From Octopus sinensis (taxonomy: Eukaryota), in the NCBI RefSeq assembly GCF_006345805.1, contig NC_043006.1, positions 95,914,001 to 95,978,000 on the forward strand: a stretch of DNA of 64,000 nt, read 5' to 3'. The notes under the pieces were generated by a model that was given only the letters and a program-made list of their open reading frames with translations, was not told the origin of the DNA and searched no databases. How positions within the stretch are numbered: position 1 is the first letter of the stretch; the number at the start of each line of letters is the position of its first letter. Positions 11,976 to 23,790 of this stretch are shown here, piece after piece. A program made the position numbers and the translations under genes.

Positions 11976-12200
11976 GTTGTTGTTGTTGTTGTTTTTATTG
12001 TCCATGTCAATGCTTGGAATCGAACTCGGATTCTTGGTGTTAGTAGCCCGCGCTCTTAACCACTACGCCATATGCCCGTGGGCATACACACTAACACATA
12101 TACATAAACACATACACACTAACAAACAAGATGAGGACAAATATCCGTCAAATGTAAATAATGTACATAATTCCTCATCTCTTAAATATAGAGCTGTATA
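11735..12200 (-). mobile_element. tRNA-promoter/(TAA)n/hammerhead non-autonomous element, copy 1, with inverted terminal fragment
   Basis: Minus strand: A box TGGCGTAGTGG (12060-12070), B box GAGTTCGATTCC (12016-12027), (TAA)n, HHR, TGTAAATAA tail repeats. 12121-12195 is an inverted copy of the tail. Confidence 0.8.
11801..11846 (-). ncRNA. Minimal type I hammerhead ribozyme
   Basis: GACAC CTGAAGA A GGCTG..CAGCC GAAACGTT GTGTT. Confidence 0.8.
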
Positions 12201-12681
12201 TCTCTACTTGTCTATCTCTCAATCTATCCGTCTGTCTTTCTATCTATTAATCTATGTATTATTCTATCTGTTTGTCTATATATATATATTGAAATGGACA
12301 CACCTAAATATTCACTCATGCTTGCGTACATGAATGTATTTAAATAAAGTAACCCCAAATTGTATCAGTAAAAATTGCACCAAGACACAACTCCATAACA
12401 ATCGACCCTTCAACCTAATTACCAATCCAGTAACATCGCATACCCAAGTACGATTTTCACTCTACAGAGACTATGTAAATACAAGATTAGATTCAATGCA
12501 TAGCAGACCCACAATGGTTTAACTGACTGAATGTTCGAAGTCACTGTCCATATGCTTGTTCAAAAATAGAAAAATAGTAAATTTGCAGTGTACAAATAAT
12601 CCATCAGATTAACGTACTATTGTTTTTATTATTAATGAACGTAAAAACAAACATTAACGATGTACACAAACACCCCCCCCC

Positions 12682-12713
<32 letters not shown>

Positions 12714-12715
<2 letters not shown>

Positions 12716-12980
12716 AGCACTCCGTCGGTTACGACGACGAGTGTCACAGCTTGCTCGTGACCACACGACAGACACGCGTTCCCTTAAGGTAGTTCTCAGG
12801 GAGATTCAGCGTGACAAGGTCAGCCCTTTGAAATACAGGTACAACTAATTTTTGCCAGCTGAATGGACTGGAGCAACGTGAAATAAAATGTCTTGCTCAA
12901 GAACACAACGTGTCGCCAGGATTTGAACTCACGACCTTACGATCGTTAGCCGAATGTTGTTACCACTAAGCCACGCGCCT
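12714..12980 (-). mobile_element. tRNA-derived SINE
   Basis: Minus-strand head GGCGCGTGGCTTAGTGG...GAGTTCAAATCC; related fragment at 8710-8870. Confidence 0.75.
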
Positions 12981-12981
12981 T

Positions 12982-13044
<63 letters not shown>

Positions 13045-13065
13045 CACCACACACACACACACACA

Positions 13066-13096
<31 letters not shown>

Positions 13097-13788
13097 CAAC
13101 AACATATATATATATATATTTACACATGTGCTTCCTAACCTTATTACTTCGGCCGAGCAAAGTCTTCTAAGAGGATTTGATGGATGGAAACTCTATGAAA
13201 CCTGATGTATTCGTGTGTGTGTGTATGTGTATGTGTGAGTCTGTGTGTATCTCTGTGGATAAGGAAATAAAGATCCTGGTAGTCTAATGATGTACAAATT
13301 TTACTTTTAGACACATAGGAAAGCAGCGCTTATAACCCTCTAAGAGTCCTATCCGGATGAGAGAAGCTATCTTCAGAACGGAAGGCTGGCCCGATAGCTT
13401 GCAGAAGAATGCTGTCCGTTAAAGACATTCAAATTGATAGGCGAGCAGAAGGATTAAACCAGGTTTCAGACTAAGTTTCCTGCACAAAAATGCTATTTCA
13501 GTACTTGAACCTAGAAAGTAAAGATCCGGTACAACAATTCTTCACCTTCGTGAATATACCGCTCGAAATGCTACGTTTTATAGACGTAGAAAGTTTGACA
13601 GTCAATGCTGAGATTTGCAGGTTTGAATTCAAGCTTCAGAGAGTCAAAGATAGAACAAATAACTCTGGGAATTCTTTTCGAAGCTCTACCGACTCTCCTA
13701 ATTCAGCGCACGGAAACCTACCGATGTAAAAGTAACACTCTCATATAAGTTCCAGTTTTTGACACGAGTCTAGTAATTTCGATGGAGG

Positions 13789-13888
13789 NNNNNNNNNNNN
13801 NNNNNNNNNNNNNNNNNNNNNNNNNNNNNNNNNNNNNNNNNNNNNNNNNNNNNNNNNNNNNNNNNNNNNNNNNNNNNNNNNNNNNNNN
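13789..13888. other. Assembly gap (100 N)
   Basis: Run of n. Confidence 1.
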
Positions 13889-16815
13889 TAGAGGGTGAGC
13901 TAGTTAAGAAGCTAGAAGAGGCAATTAGAAGCGGCATCGCATCCGACGTTTTGGCCGAGGTTGGCCCTCGACCAACACTTCAACGCCAAACACGAAGGAT
14001 GTGCTGTCAGAGCTAGGATCGTGCTCTAAGAACGAAGGTGTTGGAGCCGCGAGAGAGGCCCGGGTGGCAGAGGCGCAACAGGGCAACAAAGCCAACATTC
14101 GGTCACTGTAGATGAACAGGGCGCGAATGCTCGAACCAAGTAAAATGTGTGAGGCCTTTCAGCAGCATTTTGCCCGACTGTTCGGGACGAGTGGAGGACA
14201 AGAACGTAGGGTAGACTTCAGTGCCTACCTACATAGCCTGCCACGACTCTCGACAAGAAAGGCGGGTGCTGCGAAGGTGCCATCACGGCGGCGGAAGTGC
14301 GGGAAGCGATGGCAGAATGCTCGAGGGACAAATCACCGGGTTTGGATGGTCTACCCTACGAATTTTACTATTGTATGCCAGACTTGTTTGGAGACGTCTT
14401 GGCAGCGGTATACTGCAACTGGCAGCAAAACGGGAGCATACCCGGTTTTGTGAGTCGAGGAGCTGTAACTCTGCTGAAGAAAGATCCAAACAAGGGAAAC
14501 ATTATAGAAAACTTAGCCAATCACTCTGCTCAATGCAGACCTGAAAATTTTGACAAAGGTGTTAGCCAAGAGGTTGGCGCTTGTCATGGAGAAACTGGTC
14601 GACAACGCACAAACGTGCGCCGTGCCGGGCCGGAGCATCCATGACAACCTCCATCTGATGCGTTACATCATAGACAGAGGTAGTTAACGAACCTGGCATG
14701 GGTGGGGCCCTGATCAACTTGGATCAATCGAAAGCCTTTGATAGGGTAGACCATCGATACTTGGAGGCAGTCCTGAGAGCGGCTGGTTTCGGTCCCGTCT
14801 TCCGCGGCTGGATAGCTGCCTTGTACAGGGGCATCCGTTCGGTAATTCGCGTGAATGGACATCTATCGAGACCCTTCGACATTGCACGTTCGGTCCGTCA
14901 GGGATGCCCCCTCTCGGCGCTTCTATACGTATTGACTCTTGAGCCACTACTGCGGAAGCTGGCGACTCTGAGGGGCATCCCGCGAGAATTAGGATGCGGG
15001 ACGAGAGTGTGTCTGCATACGCGGACGACGTCACCGTCATAGTGTCAAGCCACGAGCACATCGAGCGGGTCGGCGAGACACTGAAAGACTACGAAGCGGT
15101 GACAGGAGCAAAAATCAACGGGAAAAGTCAGTGGGCTTGCGGCTCGGCACCTGGAGAAGCAAGCCATGCCGTCCACCAGTACCTCCGTCGTGGGACGCTG
15201 GACAGACGGCCCGGTTGAGTTGCTCGGGGTCTGGTTCGGTCCGGACCTCCAAATGGAGAAGAACTGGAACGAGATAACGAGTAGGGTGGTCACTCTCGCC
15301 CAGCAATGGGCCGAGAGGAAACTGTCCCTAAAAGGTCGGGCGGAGGTGGTGGAACGCGTACATCGCGTCCATATCTACTACCGCCTGACCGTCGTACCTT
15401 GTCCCGACCCTACCATCACCAAACTAGAAACGCATCCTCTCCGCTTCTTGTGGAAAGGATGCGTCCCGATGGTCAGGCGATCCATTTGCTGTCAACACCC
15501 GTTAAAAGGAGGGCTGGGCATGCCGTGGTTGATGATGCGCAGACACGCGCTGAGACTGCGACATCTCCGGCTCTATGTAGACGACGGTGAACAGGTGTGG
15601 TCGCCGTTTGTGAGGCACATTCCCGCAACTCGTCTCCATGACCGAAACTACAGTCGTGGATCAAAAGAGGCCGAAGAAGGGCGAATGGCACCGCGAGTGT
15701 CGCGTTGCTCTCAAGCAAACTCTGCCGTCCCGGGTCGACTTGAGTGACTTCAACACAACCAAAGCATTCTATAGGGATTAGTGGAGGGGAGGGTACGACG
15801 ACGAGCTCGGGGCAAACCTGGGCGTCGACGAGAATACCTGACCCGCCTGTTTCAAACGACTTTCGGCCCGGGACCTATGGACCACTTCCAGAGATCCCTG
15901 GCCTGGCCGGTGCTACCGAGAAGCGCTACCGTTCGGGATAAGCTCTATAGGCATGGCTCGAGAAACACGGGGCCGACCTGCCGAGATGCGGGCAGAGCGA
16001 CGAAACCGCTCTGCACGCAATCGTGCAGTGTCCAGCATTTCCCACCTGTGGGCTTATGTCGAACGACTGCTGTCACGTGTGGGACGTGTCGGTTTATCAG
16101 CCGAGTCTATCGTTAATATCGTCACGCCTCCTTCCTTCAACGGGAAGGAAGAGCTATTTTATCATTACTTGTGGCTATGGCGAAAGAATGTATCTGGTGG
16201 ACGCGGTCTGAAAGGATTAGAGACACAACACTTTCCTCTCTGGTCAATCTCTCATCAACTTCTTCAAGTATCACTGAAGAAAAAAGTGAGAGTAGAGAGG
16301 CAAGTTTTGTCTAGTGAATGTTTTAAAAAAAGATGGGTTGAATGTAGCAAAGATGGACGTTATGAATGACGAAGACACCTTGACTATGATTCTATGAACC
16401 GTAAAAATTAATACAGAGAGTTGCTTATTGCAAAAAAAAAAAAAAGAAATATAACTGTGACTTCATTGACGAGGTACCGTGGTCTTTTCCGTAGGCTTTT
16501 CTTTCCACGGCTAAACCTCACCTGTCCTCCCCTTTCAATTCATATTGAAATTTCTGTGATAACGATCCTATTGATCAATTTTTTTTCCTCTCCCCCTTTT
16601 TTTTACCCCCCCCCTTTTTGGTCCTCCTTCTCCCTTTACGATCCCTTTTGATCGACCCCCCCTTTTTTATTTTTTTTATTCGTTATTTTATTATTATTTT
16701 TTTTTAATTATTTATTTTATTTTATTTTATTTATTTTTTTAAACCTTCAAAAGAAAAGCTCTACCTTTGTAATTGTTCTATCTGTGTGCAGCCCTGTGTG
16801 GCTAATAAAGAAACA
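13889..16815 (+). mobile_element. L1/Tx1-clade LINE, ORF2 reverse transcriptase to 3' end, many frameshifts
   Basis: KSPGLDGLPYEFY, LDQSKAFDRVDH, VRQGCPLS, AYADDV (~15015), LSLKGR, GGLGMP, C-terminal Cys/His region; ends AATAAAG then (ATCT)n. Confidence 0.9.
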
Positions 16816-16867
16816 TATCTATCTATCTATCTATCTATCTATCCATCCATCCATCCATCCATCCATC

Positions 16868-16898
<31 letters not shown>

Positions 16899-16904
16899 CT
16901 ATCA

Positions 16905-16946
<42 letters not shown>

Positions 16947-16984
16947 ATATCTATCTATCTATCTATCTATCTATCCATCCATCC

Positions 16985-17051
<67 letters not shown>

Positions 17052-17407
17052 AAACTAGATTTCGTAGACGTAATCTGGACGAAGCCCGCTGAATATAAAT
17101 GTATATTCGACGGGCTTCATTCATTTTCCATCTACCGAATCCATTCATAAGACTTTGGTCAGCACGAGTTATAGAAGTTACTTGGTGACTATTTAAATAG
17201 ATTTTGATTGAACAATCTGCCAGCCTATATTCCTGTTTGTGTAACCATATACAAATGCAACTGTTATATGTGCACACATACCTACCACTTCCTCAATTCC
17301 TATCTCGCATTCTTACTTGGTACGTATCCCTCTCCCGTTTTAACCATCAATTTTTTCTCAAAAAATTTCCTTCTTACACATTCTAAATATATTTCTCTTT
17401 ATCACGT

Positions 17408-17445
17408 TTCTCCTGATGAGGGAAAAGAATCCGAAACAGTAAGAC
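17408..17445 (+). ncRNA. Degenerate minimal hammerhead motif in a PLE pLTR-like fragment
   Basis: TCTC CTGATGA GGGA..TCC GAAACAGTA AGAC; stems I and III imperfect. Confidence 0.5.
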
Positions 17446-17633
17446 AATTTACACACTTCCTTCCTTTCTAAGCGTGAAAGAAGATTATTTGTTATAATTT
17501 ATACATCCCGTATTGTCATAATTTTGTTCATCACCCATATATTTTTCAATACACACACACAGCTAAATCTCTCTCTGTCTCTGTCTCAGTCTCTCTGTCT
17601 CTCTGTCTCTCTGTCTCTCACTCTGTATATATA

Positions 17634-18908
17634 CAGGGTGAGGAAGCAAAATTTACAATGAACGTTAAGTTGCTTTTTCTCAGGAGGCACTAAGTCAATT
17701 GCTTTGAAACCTAGCATATACTGATGTCATACTCATACCTAACACTATTATCCTTACCTTTTCAGAAACTTTTGCCAATATGAGTAATCAGGAAAGCAAA
17801 CATCAAAGAGTGTGTGATTTGCTGAATGCACTCGTCACACCAAAGGAGATTTCAAGGATAGTTGGAGTGTCCATAAAGACTGTTTATAATGTAAAGAATA
17901 GAATGACTAGGAGCAAAACTATTACGGGGAAGTCTGGAAGTAGAGGAATCAACAAAAAACGTACCAAAGATTTTATTAAAGCTCTCAAATCCAAAGTCCT
18001 AAAGGATCCAACCAAATCCATGAGAAAAATGGCAATTGAACTTGAGGTAGACAAGAAGACCATTAGAAATGCAGTAAAATATGATTTGAGGTTAAAATCT
18101 TACTCAAGAACACCAAAACATTTGTTGACAACAGCTATGAAGGAAAAGAGATTGGAGAGGTACAAGAAAATTATTACATGGTTCAAGAAAAAGTCCTCCA
18201 TTGTAACGATCTTTTCAGATGAAAAGATCTTCACAGTCGATGCTGTTCTGAACAGCAGAAATGACAGATTTATTGCAAAATCAACAGCTGAGGTTAAGGG
18301 GACATTCAAAATAAAACATTCTGCACAAGTTATGGCTTTTGGTGTTGTGGCTTCCAATGGAAAGAAAATGTCTATAAAATTCTACAAAGCTGATGAAAAG
18401 ATCAATGTTAATACTTACTACAAGACTCTGAGATATCAGGTATTGCCATGGCTTAAAGCAAACTACCCAGATGGGAATTATGTATGGACACAGGATGGTA
18501 CTCAAGCCCACACAGCCAGAAAAATACAAGATTTCTGCAAATCCAACTTTAGCGATTTTGGGGAATCATGTTTATGGCCGCCTTCTAGCCAAGATCTAAA
18601 CCCTCTGGATTATGCTATTTGGGGCGTTTTAGAACATGCTACCAATAGAACATCACACATCAATGTCGACTCTCTTAAAGATACTATTACAGAAGAATGG
18701 GAGAAGTTGTCTCCCGAATAATTGAGGAACACTTGTACAAGTTTCAGGAAGTTATTGAGAATGAAGGAGGACACAGAATAAAAACATTTTCTATTATGTA
18801 AATTTTCTTGCGGCAAATAAATTCTCATGACTTTCAATAAAATAATTGGTCATACACTGTCTTTCAATCCCTGCCTCAAAATATTGTAAATTTTGCTTCC
18901 TCACCCTG
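17634..18908 (+). mobile_element. Tc1/mariner superfamily transposon, maT (DD37D) family, full length
   Basis: Perfect 26-bp TIR CAGGGTGAGGAAGCAAAATTTACAAT (17634-17659 / 18883-18908) with TA on both sides. Confidence 0.95.
17780..18721 (+). CDS. DD37D (maT) transposase, 313 aa, probably truncated by a late premature stop
   Basis: HTH-like N-terminus, FSDEK, QDG..AH, WPPSSQDLNPLDY. I counted 37 residues between the 2nd and 3rd Asp. Transposase-like sequence continues after the TAA. Confidence 0.88.
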   Translation: MSNQESKHQRVCDLLNALVTPKEISRIVGVSIKTVYNVKNRMTRSKTITGKSGSRGINKKRTKDFIKALKSKVLKDPTKSMRKMAIELEVDKKTIRNAVKYDLRLKSYSRTPKHLLTTAMKEKRLERYKKIITWFKKKSSIVTIFSDEKIFTVDAVLNSRNDRFIAKSTAEVKGTFKIKHSAQVMAFGVVASNGKKMSIKFYKADEKINVNTYYKTLRYQVLPWLKANYPDGNYVWTQDGTQAHTARKIQDFCKSNFSDFGESCLWPPSSQDLNPLDYAIWGVLEHATNRTSHINVDSLKDTITEEWEKLSPE

Positions 18909-18968
<60 letters not shown>

Positions 18969-19023
18969 TATGAAAAAACAAGTCAAAATAGAAAATGCTG
19001 AAATAATTTTATAAAGAACATTT

Positions 19024-19061
19024 CAGTACCGGTTTCGGTCATTTTGAGACCTTTTCAACTG
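19024..19061 (-). ncRNA. Minimal hammerhead, U3-A8 core variant
   Basis: CAG TTGAAAA GGTC..GACC GAA ACCGGT A CTG. Confidence 0.7.
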
Positions 19062-20073
19062 TAACGATTAAATAATTAAATTTAGAAAAATAGAAGAAAA
19101 GTTTTTTTAAAGGAATATTTGTATAGTAGTGTTCAAATATAAGTGGCATTCTGCCTTTCTCTGACTCCCTTGTTTGCACTTGTGTGTTCGAGGTCGTTGT
19201 GAATGCGCCAACAACAAAACACCAGGCTTCAGGATTTTCCCCCTCTACCAATTTAGGGACGATATAACCTCGAGACAACGAATAAGTAAAGAAACTCTCT
19301 TTATTACAAAATACAGGCCACTTCTTATACGGTCTACGACAAACGATTAATATACCTTCAACTTTAGAAAAAAAGAAATACACACACAAATATTACATTC
19401 CAAAGAATCCATTACTAATCAGCCCAATCACAGCTATAATCCATAACATGCCAACTTCAAGTCATACAACACCTCACTACTTTCACCCATTCATATTCTC
19501 CCTTCTTGTTTTCTTCTTCTTCCTCTTCTTCTCATCATCATCATTATCATTATCATCATCGTCCGTCTCATCATCACCACCATCATCATCATCATCTTCT
19601 TCTCCTTCTCCTTCTTCTTCTTCTTCTTCATCATCATCATCATCATCAACATCGTCATCTTCTTCTTCTTCTTCTTTTCTTCTTCTTCTTCTTCTTCTTC
19701 TTCTTCTTCTTCTTCTTCTTCTGCTCCACCTTCTACCTCTTAACTTTATCACTAATGCTTTTAGTTTAAAAACACCTACGCAAATTCCATAAACAAACCT
19801 CTCAATAGAAATATTATCCTGAATTGAACTGCAACTGCTAGCCGTCACTGACCATTCAAATACAACAATCAAGGCACTCCCAAATTTTCCATCCCTCTCC
19901 TTCAGCCTCTCCTTCTTCTACCTACCAAGAATTCACAGCGAACTCGAACACACAAGTGCAAACAAGGGAGTCAGAGAAAGGCAGAATGCCACTTATATTT
20001 GAACACTACTATACAAATTTCCTTTAAAAAAACTTTTCTTCTAATTTTTCTAAATTTAATTATTTAATCGTTA

Positions 20074-20112
20074 CAGTTGAAAAGGTCTCAAAATGACCGA
20101 AACCCGGTACTG
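20074..20112 (+). ncRNA. Minimal hammerhead, U3-A8 core variant (second arm)
   Basis: CAG TTGAAAA GGTC..GACC GAAACCCGGTA CTG (extra C in stem III). Confidence 0.65.
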
Positions 20113-20230
20113 AAATGTTTTTTATAAAATTATTTTAGCATTTTCTATTTTGACTTGTTTTTCATATATATCAACTCGTGTGTTCCTTTTCACCCTTTAT
20201 ACATATATATATATATATATTATATATATA

Positions 20231-20264
<34 letters not shown>

Positions 20265-20340
20265 TTACATACATCACACACACACACATACACACACACA
20301 CCCACATATATATATATATCTGTCTCTCTCTATATATATA

Positions 20341-20523
20341 TACAGTTCTATATTTAAGAAATGAAGAATTATGTACATTTTTTACATAATTTACATTTGA
20401 CGGATATTTATCCTCATCTTCTTTGCTGTTAACACAACGTTTCGGCTGATATACCCTCCAGCCTTCATCAGGTGTCTTGGGGAAATTTCGAACCTGGGTT
20501 CTCATTCCTAAGGTATTTTTCGA

Positions 20524-20580
<57 letters not shown>
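20341..20580 (-). mobile_element. tRNA/(TAA)n/hammerhead element, copy 2 (5' truncated within TAA tract)
   Basis: Near-identical to 11735-11900 and 40480-40620. Confidence 0.85.
20431..20476 (-). ncRNA. Minimal type I hammerhead ribozyme
   Basis: GACAC CTGATGA A GGCTG..CAGCC GAAACGTT GTGTT. Confidence 0.82.
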
Positions 20581-20986
20581 GGTTTAAGGCGCGGTAGATG
20601 GGGTCGGATTGGCGCCAAAATTTACACTGGGGGGTAATATGGGATGGGCAATGGTGTGAGGAGGGTTGCAAGTCCCTCGGGGCTACCGTCTGGGTGCCAT
20701 GGTGAGGAATATGGGAATTGAGTTTTATGGGATAGCACCTTGCACTGTTTGAATAATGGTGGCTTTTCGTGTTGCTGCAGGGGCTAGGGGCAATTATCTG
20801 TAATTGCGGGTGTAAAAATTTGGGTGATTTTGGAAAGGGGATAAAGAAGAGGGCAATAAAAGGAACCAGGCAAAGAAGACGAACAAAAGAAGAACAGGAA
20901 AATAATAAAACACACACAAAACAACACCACCAACAAAACCCGAGCGAAGCACGGGTAAAATAGCTAGACTACTTAATAAAATTAAG

Positions 20987-21144
20987 CAGGAGTGGCTGTG
21001 TGGTAAGTAGCTTGTTTACCAACCACATGGTTCCGGATTCAGTCCCACTGCGTGGCACCTTGGGCATGTGTCTTCTACTATAGTCTCGGGCCGACCAAAG
21101 CCTTGTGAGTGGATTTGGTAGACGGAAACTGAAAGAAGTCATCG

Positions 21145-21204
<60 letters not shown>

Positions 21205-21430
21205 ATATGTGCGTGTGTGTGTGTGTGTCTGTGTTGTCCCCCTAGCATTGCTTGACAACCGATGCTGGGGTGCTTATGTCCACGTAACTTAGCGGTTCGG
21301 CAAAAGCGACCGATAGAATAAGTACTGGGCTTACAAAAGAACAAGTCCTGGGGTCAAGTTGCTCGATTAAAGGCGGTGCTCCAGCATGGCCGCAGTCTAA
21401 TTACGGAAACAAGTAAGAGTAAAAGTAAAG
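20987..21430 (+). mobile_element. tRNA-derived SINE with internal microsatellite and RTE-like tail
   Basis: Head TGGCTGTGTGG..GGATTCAGTCCC; tail GGTGCTCCAGCATGGCCGCAGTC. Relatives at ~11630, 25432(-), 47950, 52330(-), 60060, 63340(-). Confidence 0.8.
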
Positions 21431-21821
21431 TACGTCTGAATTAAACTGACGTTGATACAAAATCAAAACGAATTTCAGAATTAAATTACTTGAGTGTTTT
21501 CCTCTTGAGGATCCGTTCGTTCCCTTTGAGGAATAAAAAAAAAAACGTCCCAGTTATGATTATTTCCTGCTCTTCACAACCGACCGACTCCGTCTTGCTG
21601 AAATAATGGTGTCGAACAATAATTGGAAGTTCGTTTGTTGCTTGCCGTTTATATACTTCTCTATAATTCACTTTTTACCGCATTTATTTAGCAAATGAAA
21701 CTGTTTCACTTATTTATCATCCGTTTATCGAATTCCGGTTCCCGTCACGAACCTCATGCGACTGTCAAAGAAAAATAATTGTCACGTGCGATTTCCTTTA
21801 CACATATGGTATATGTGCGTG

Positions 21822-21858
<37 letters not shown>

Positions 21859-22002
21859 TTACATATATATATATATGAATTGAGTAGGTATGTATAAATA
21901 TAAATATATATATTTATATATATAGTATATATATCATATATTATATATATATATATAATAATATATACATATATATACAATATTAAATATATATATTATA
22001 TA

Positions 22003-22037
<35 letters not shown>

Positions 22038-22128
22038 ATATACGTAGGCATATATGTATATATTTAGGTATGTATACACATAAATATATGTATATAATAA
22101 TATATATATATAGACACGCACATATATA

Positions 22129-22178
<50 letters not shown>

Positions 22179-22179
22179 T

Positions 22180-22212
<33 letters not shown>

Positions 22213-22858
22213 TATATATATATTAACACACAAATGTATACTTACAGTTATCATATATACGCAGCGGATACACAAATAAATCTATGTTCACATTCATTTG
22301 AATAAATGAAATATATACACAATTTACCCTAATTATAATTGGTGCAATTATTTATGACCTTGTGTATTTGTGTATGTCTGTGTTTATGTGTGCGTGTGTG
22401 GTATGTTTGTATCTGTCTATGTTACATATATACATATACTTAAATACATATGTTCGAGTATGTATATATAAGTACACACGTATCTATGGATTACATATGT
22501 GTGTATGCGTATGTGCGTACGTTCAAAATTTCGTAGGTTACCTGGTGAAGCAAATAGCAATGGAGAAGGTACAATAGGTGCCACAGAGAAGAACTCTTCA
22601 TGTGATGGTAGAGAAAGATGAGTGGAGTATCAGACTCCCGGGAATTCGAGTATACAGACATGATGAGGATGATGATATACATACATACATGCAAACACAC
22701 ATAAACACACACACATGCATACATACATACATACATACATACATACATACATACATACATACATACATACATACATACATACATAAAAAAACTACATACA
22801 TATACATACCGACTGCAACATTGTCTTTTCGAACACAAAACGTCTCAGGTGATGAAGT

Positions 22859-22966
22859 GTCTCGTGTAAGGAACGGGTCTCGTGTAACGAACGGGTCTCG
22901 TATAACGAAGATGTCTCGCTTAACGAGTGGCATCTCGCTTAACGAACGGTGTCTTGTGTAATGAAC
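22859..22966. repeat. Degenerate 18-20-bp tandem repeat (TCTCGyrTAACGAA core), ~6 copies
   Basis: TCTCGTGTAAGGAACGGG TCTCGTGTAACGAACGGG TCTCGTATAACGAAGATG TCTCGCTTAACGAG... Confidence 0.8.
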
Positions 22967-23409
22967 ACGCAAGCCGGCATCGATGGTTAGCGACAAGCTG
23001 AGAGTATCCGCGGCAAAGCGTCAGTTGTTGTCTAGTTTTCGCTTGGTGTTTGAATTCACCATTCCTTTTCTTGAATTTCTGATGGAAAAAATACTTTAAG
23101 CATACAAGCATTTCGGTTAACGAGTGGCCTCATAAACCAGATTACCCCGTACGTTCCAACTACTAAATGGCTGGTGATCGTTTGCATCGGAAACGACTTG
23201 TATTATAGAGTAAAATCGATAAAATATTACTGTGAATAAACCACGGGAATGAAAACTCGAAAGTTTGGGACAAAGTTCTTTGCCAAAAGAAAGTTGAAAT
23301 GCGAGAACTGAACGAGAGACAGTTGCGTGTTACATCTTCTCAAGTAACAAAGCAACTGGCTGCATACACACACATATAAATACACACACACATATCTACA
23401 TATGCATAT

Positions 23410-23790
23410 GTGTGCAGCTGTGAGGGGAAATCCTCGAATCATCAGATTAGTTACGTTTCACTTCAGTACATTATCACTGAAAAGTTGGATATCAGACCCG
23501 CGTCTGCCAAGTTTGTGCCAAAACTGCTTTCAGGTGATCCAAAAGACACTCGGGTCTCATTTGCACAAGATCTTGATAGTGTTCAGTACGATGAAAACCT
23601 TTTGTAATCTTCGCGTAAACCGGTGTACAGGTATGGCCAATCTTTTGGCAAAATTTGATGCAGAAATTCTCTGTCGTTGTCAATGCGCCGATCACACGCA
23701 ACACACCTTCCTTTAAAGCAGCTTTATTGTGCGTGCTTTAGATTCGTTGCTATAGCAGCAGTCCGGATACTTATTGATCAGACCACATAT
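23410..23790 (+). mobile_element. Mariner remnant
   Basis: IITEKL..SAKFVPKLLS resembles the mariner WVPxxL region; mariner-like TIR sequence near 23760-23790. Confidence 0.6.

Larger units (their letters stand above)
18972..20165 (+). mobile_element. Penelope-like 3' fragment with inverted 5' pLTR copy
   Basis: ~220-bp inverted repeat (18972-19195 / 19940-20165). Internal 19200-19340 encodes CANNKTPGFRIFPLYQF..QRISKETLFITKYRPLL (GIY-YIG C-terminus). Confidence 0.82.

Noticed and set aside
12013-12085. tRNA gene
   Set aside because: A/B boxes are present but there is no complete acceptor stem; it is part of a repeated element (also at 40320).
13490-13729. 79-aa ORF next to the gap
   Set aside because: No recognisable motif or splice support.
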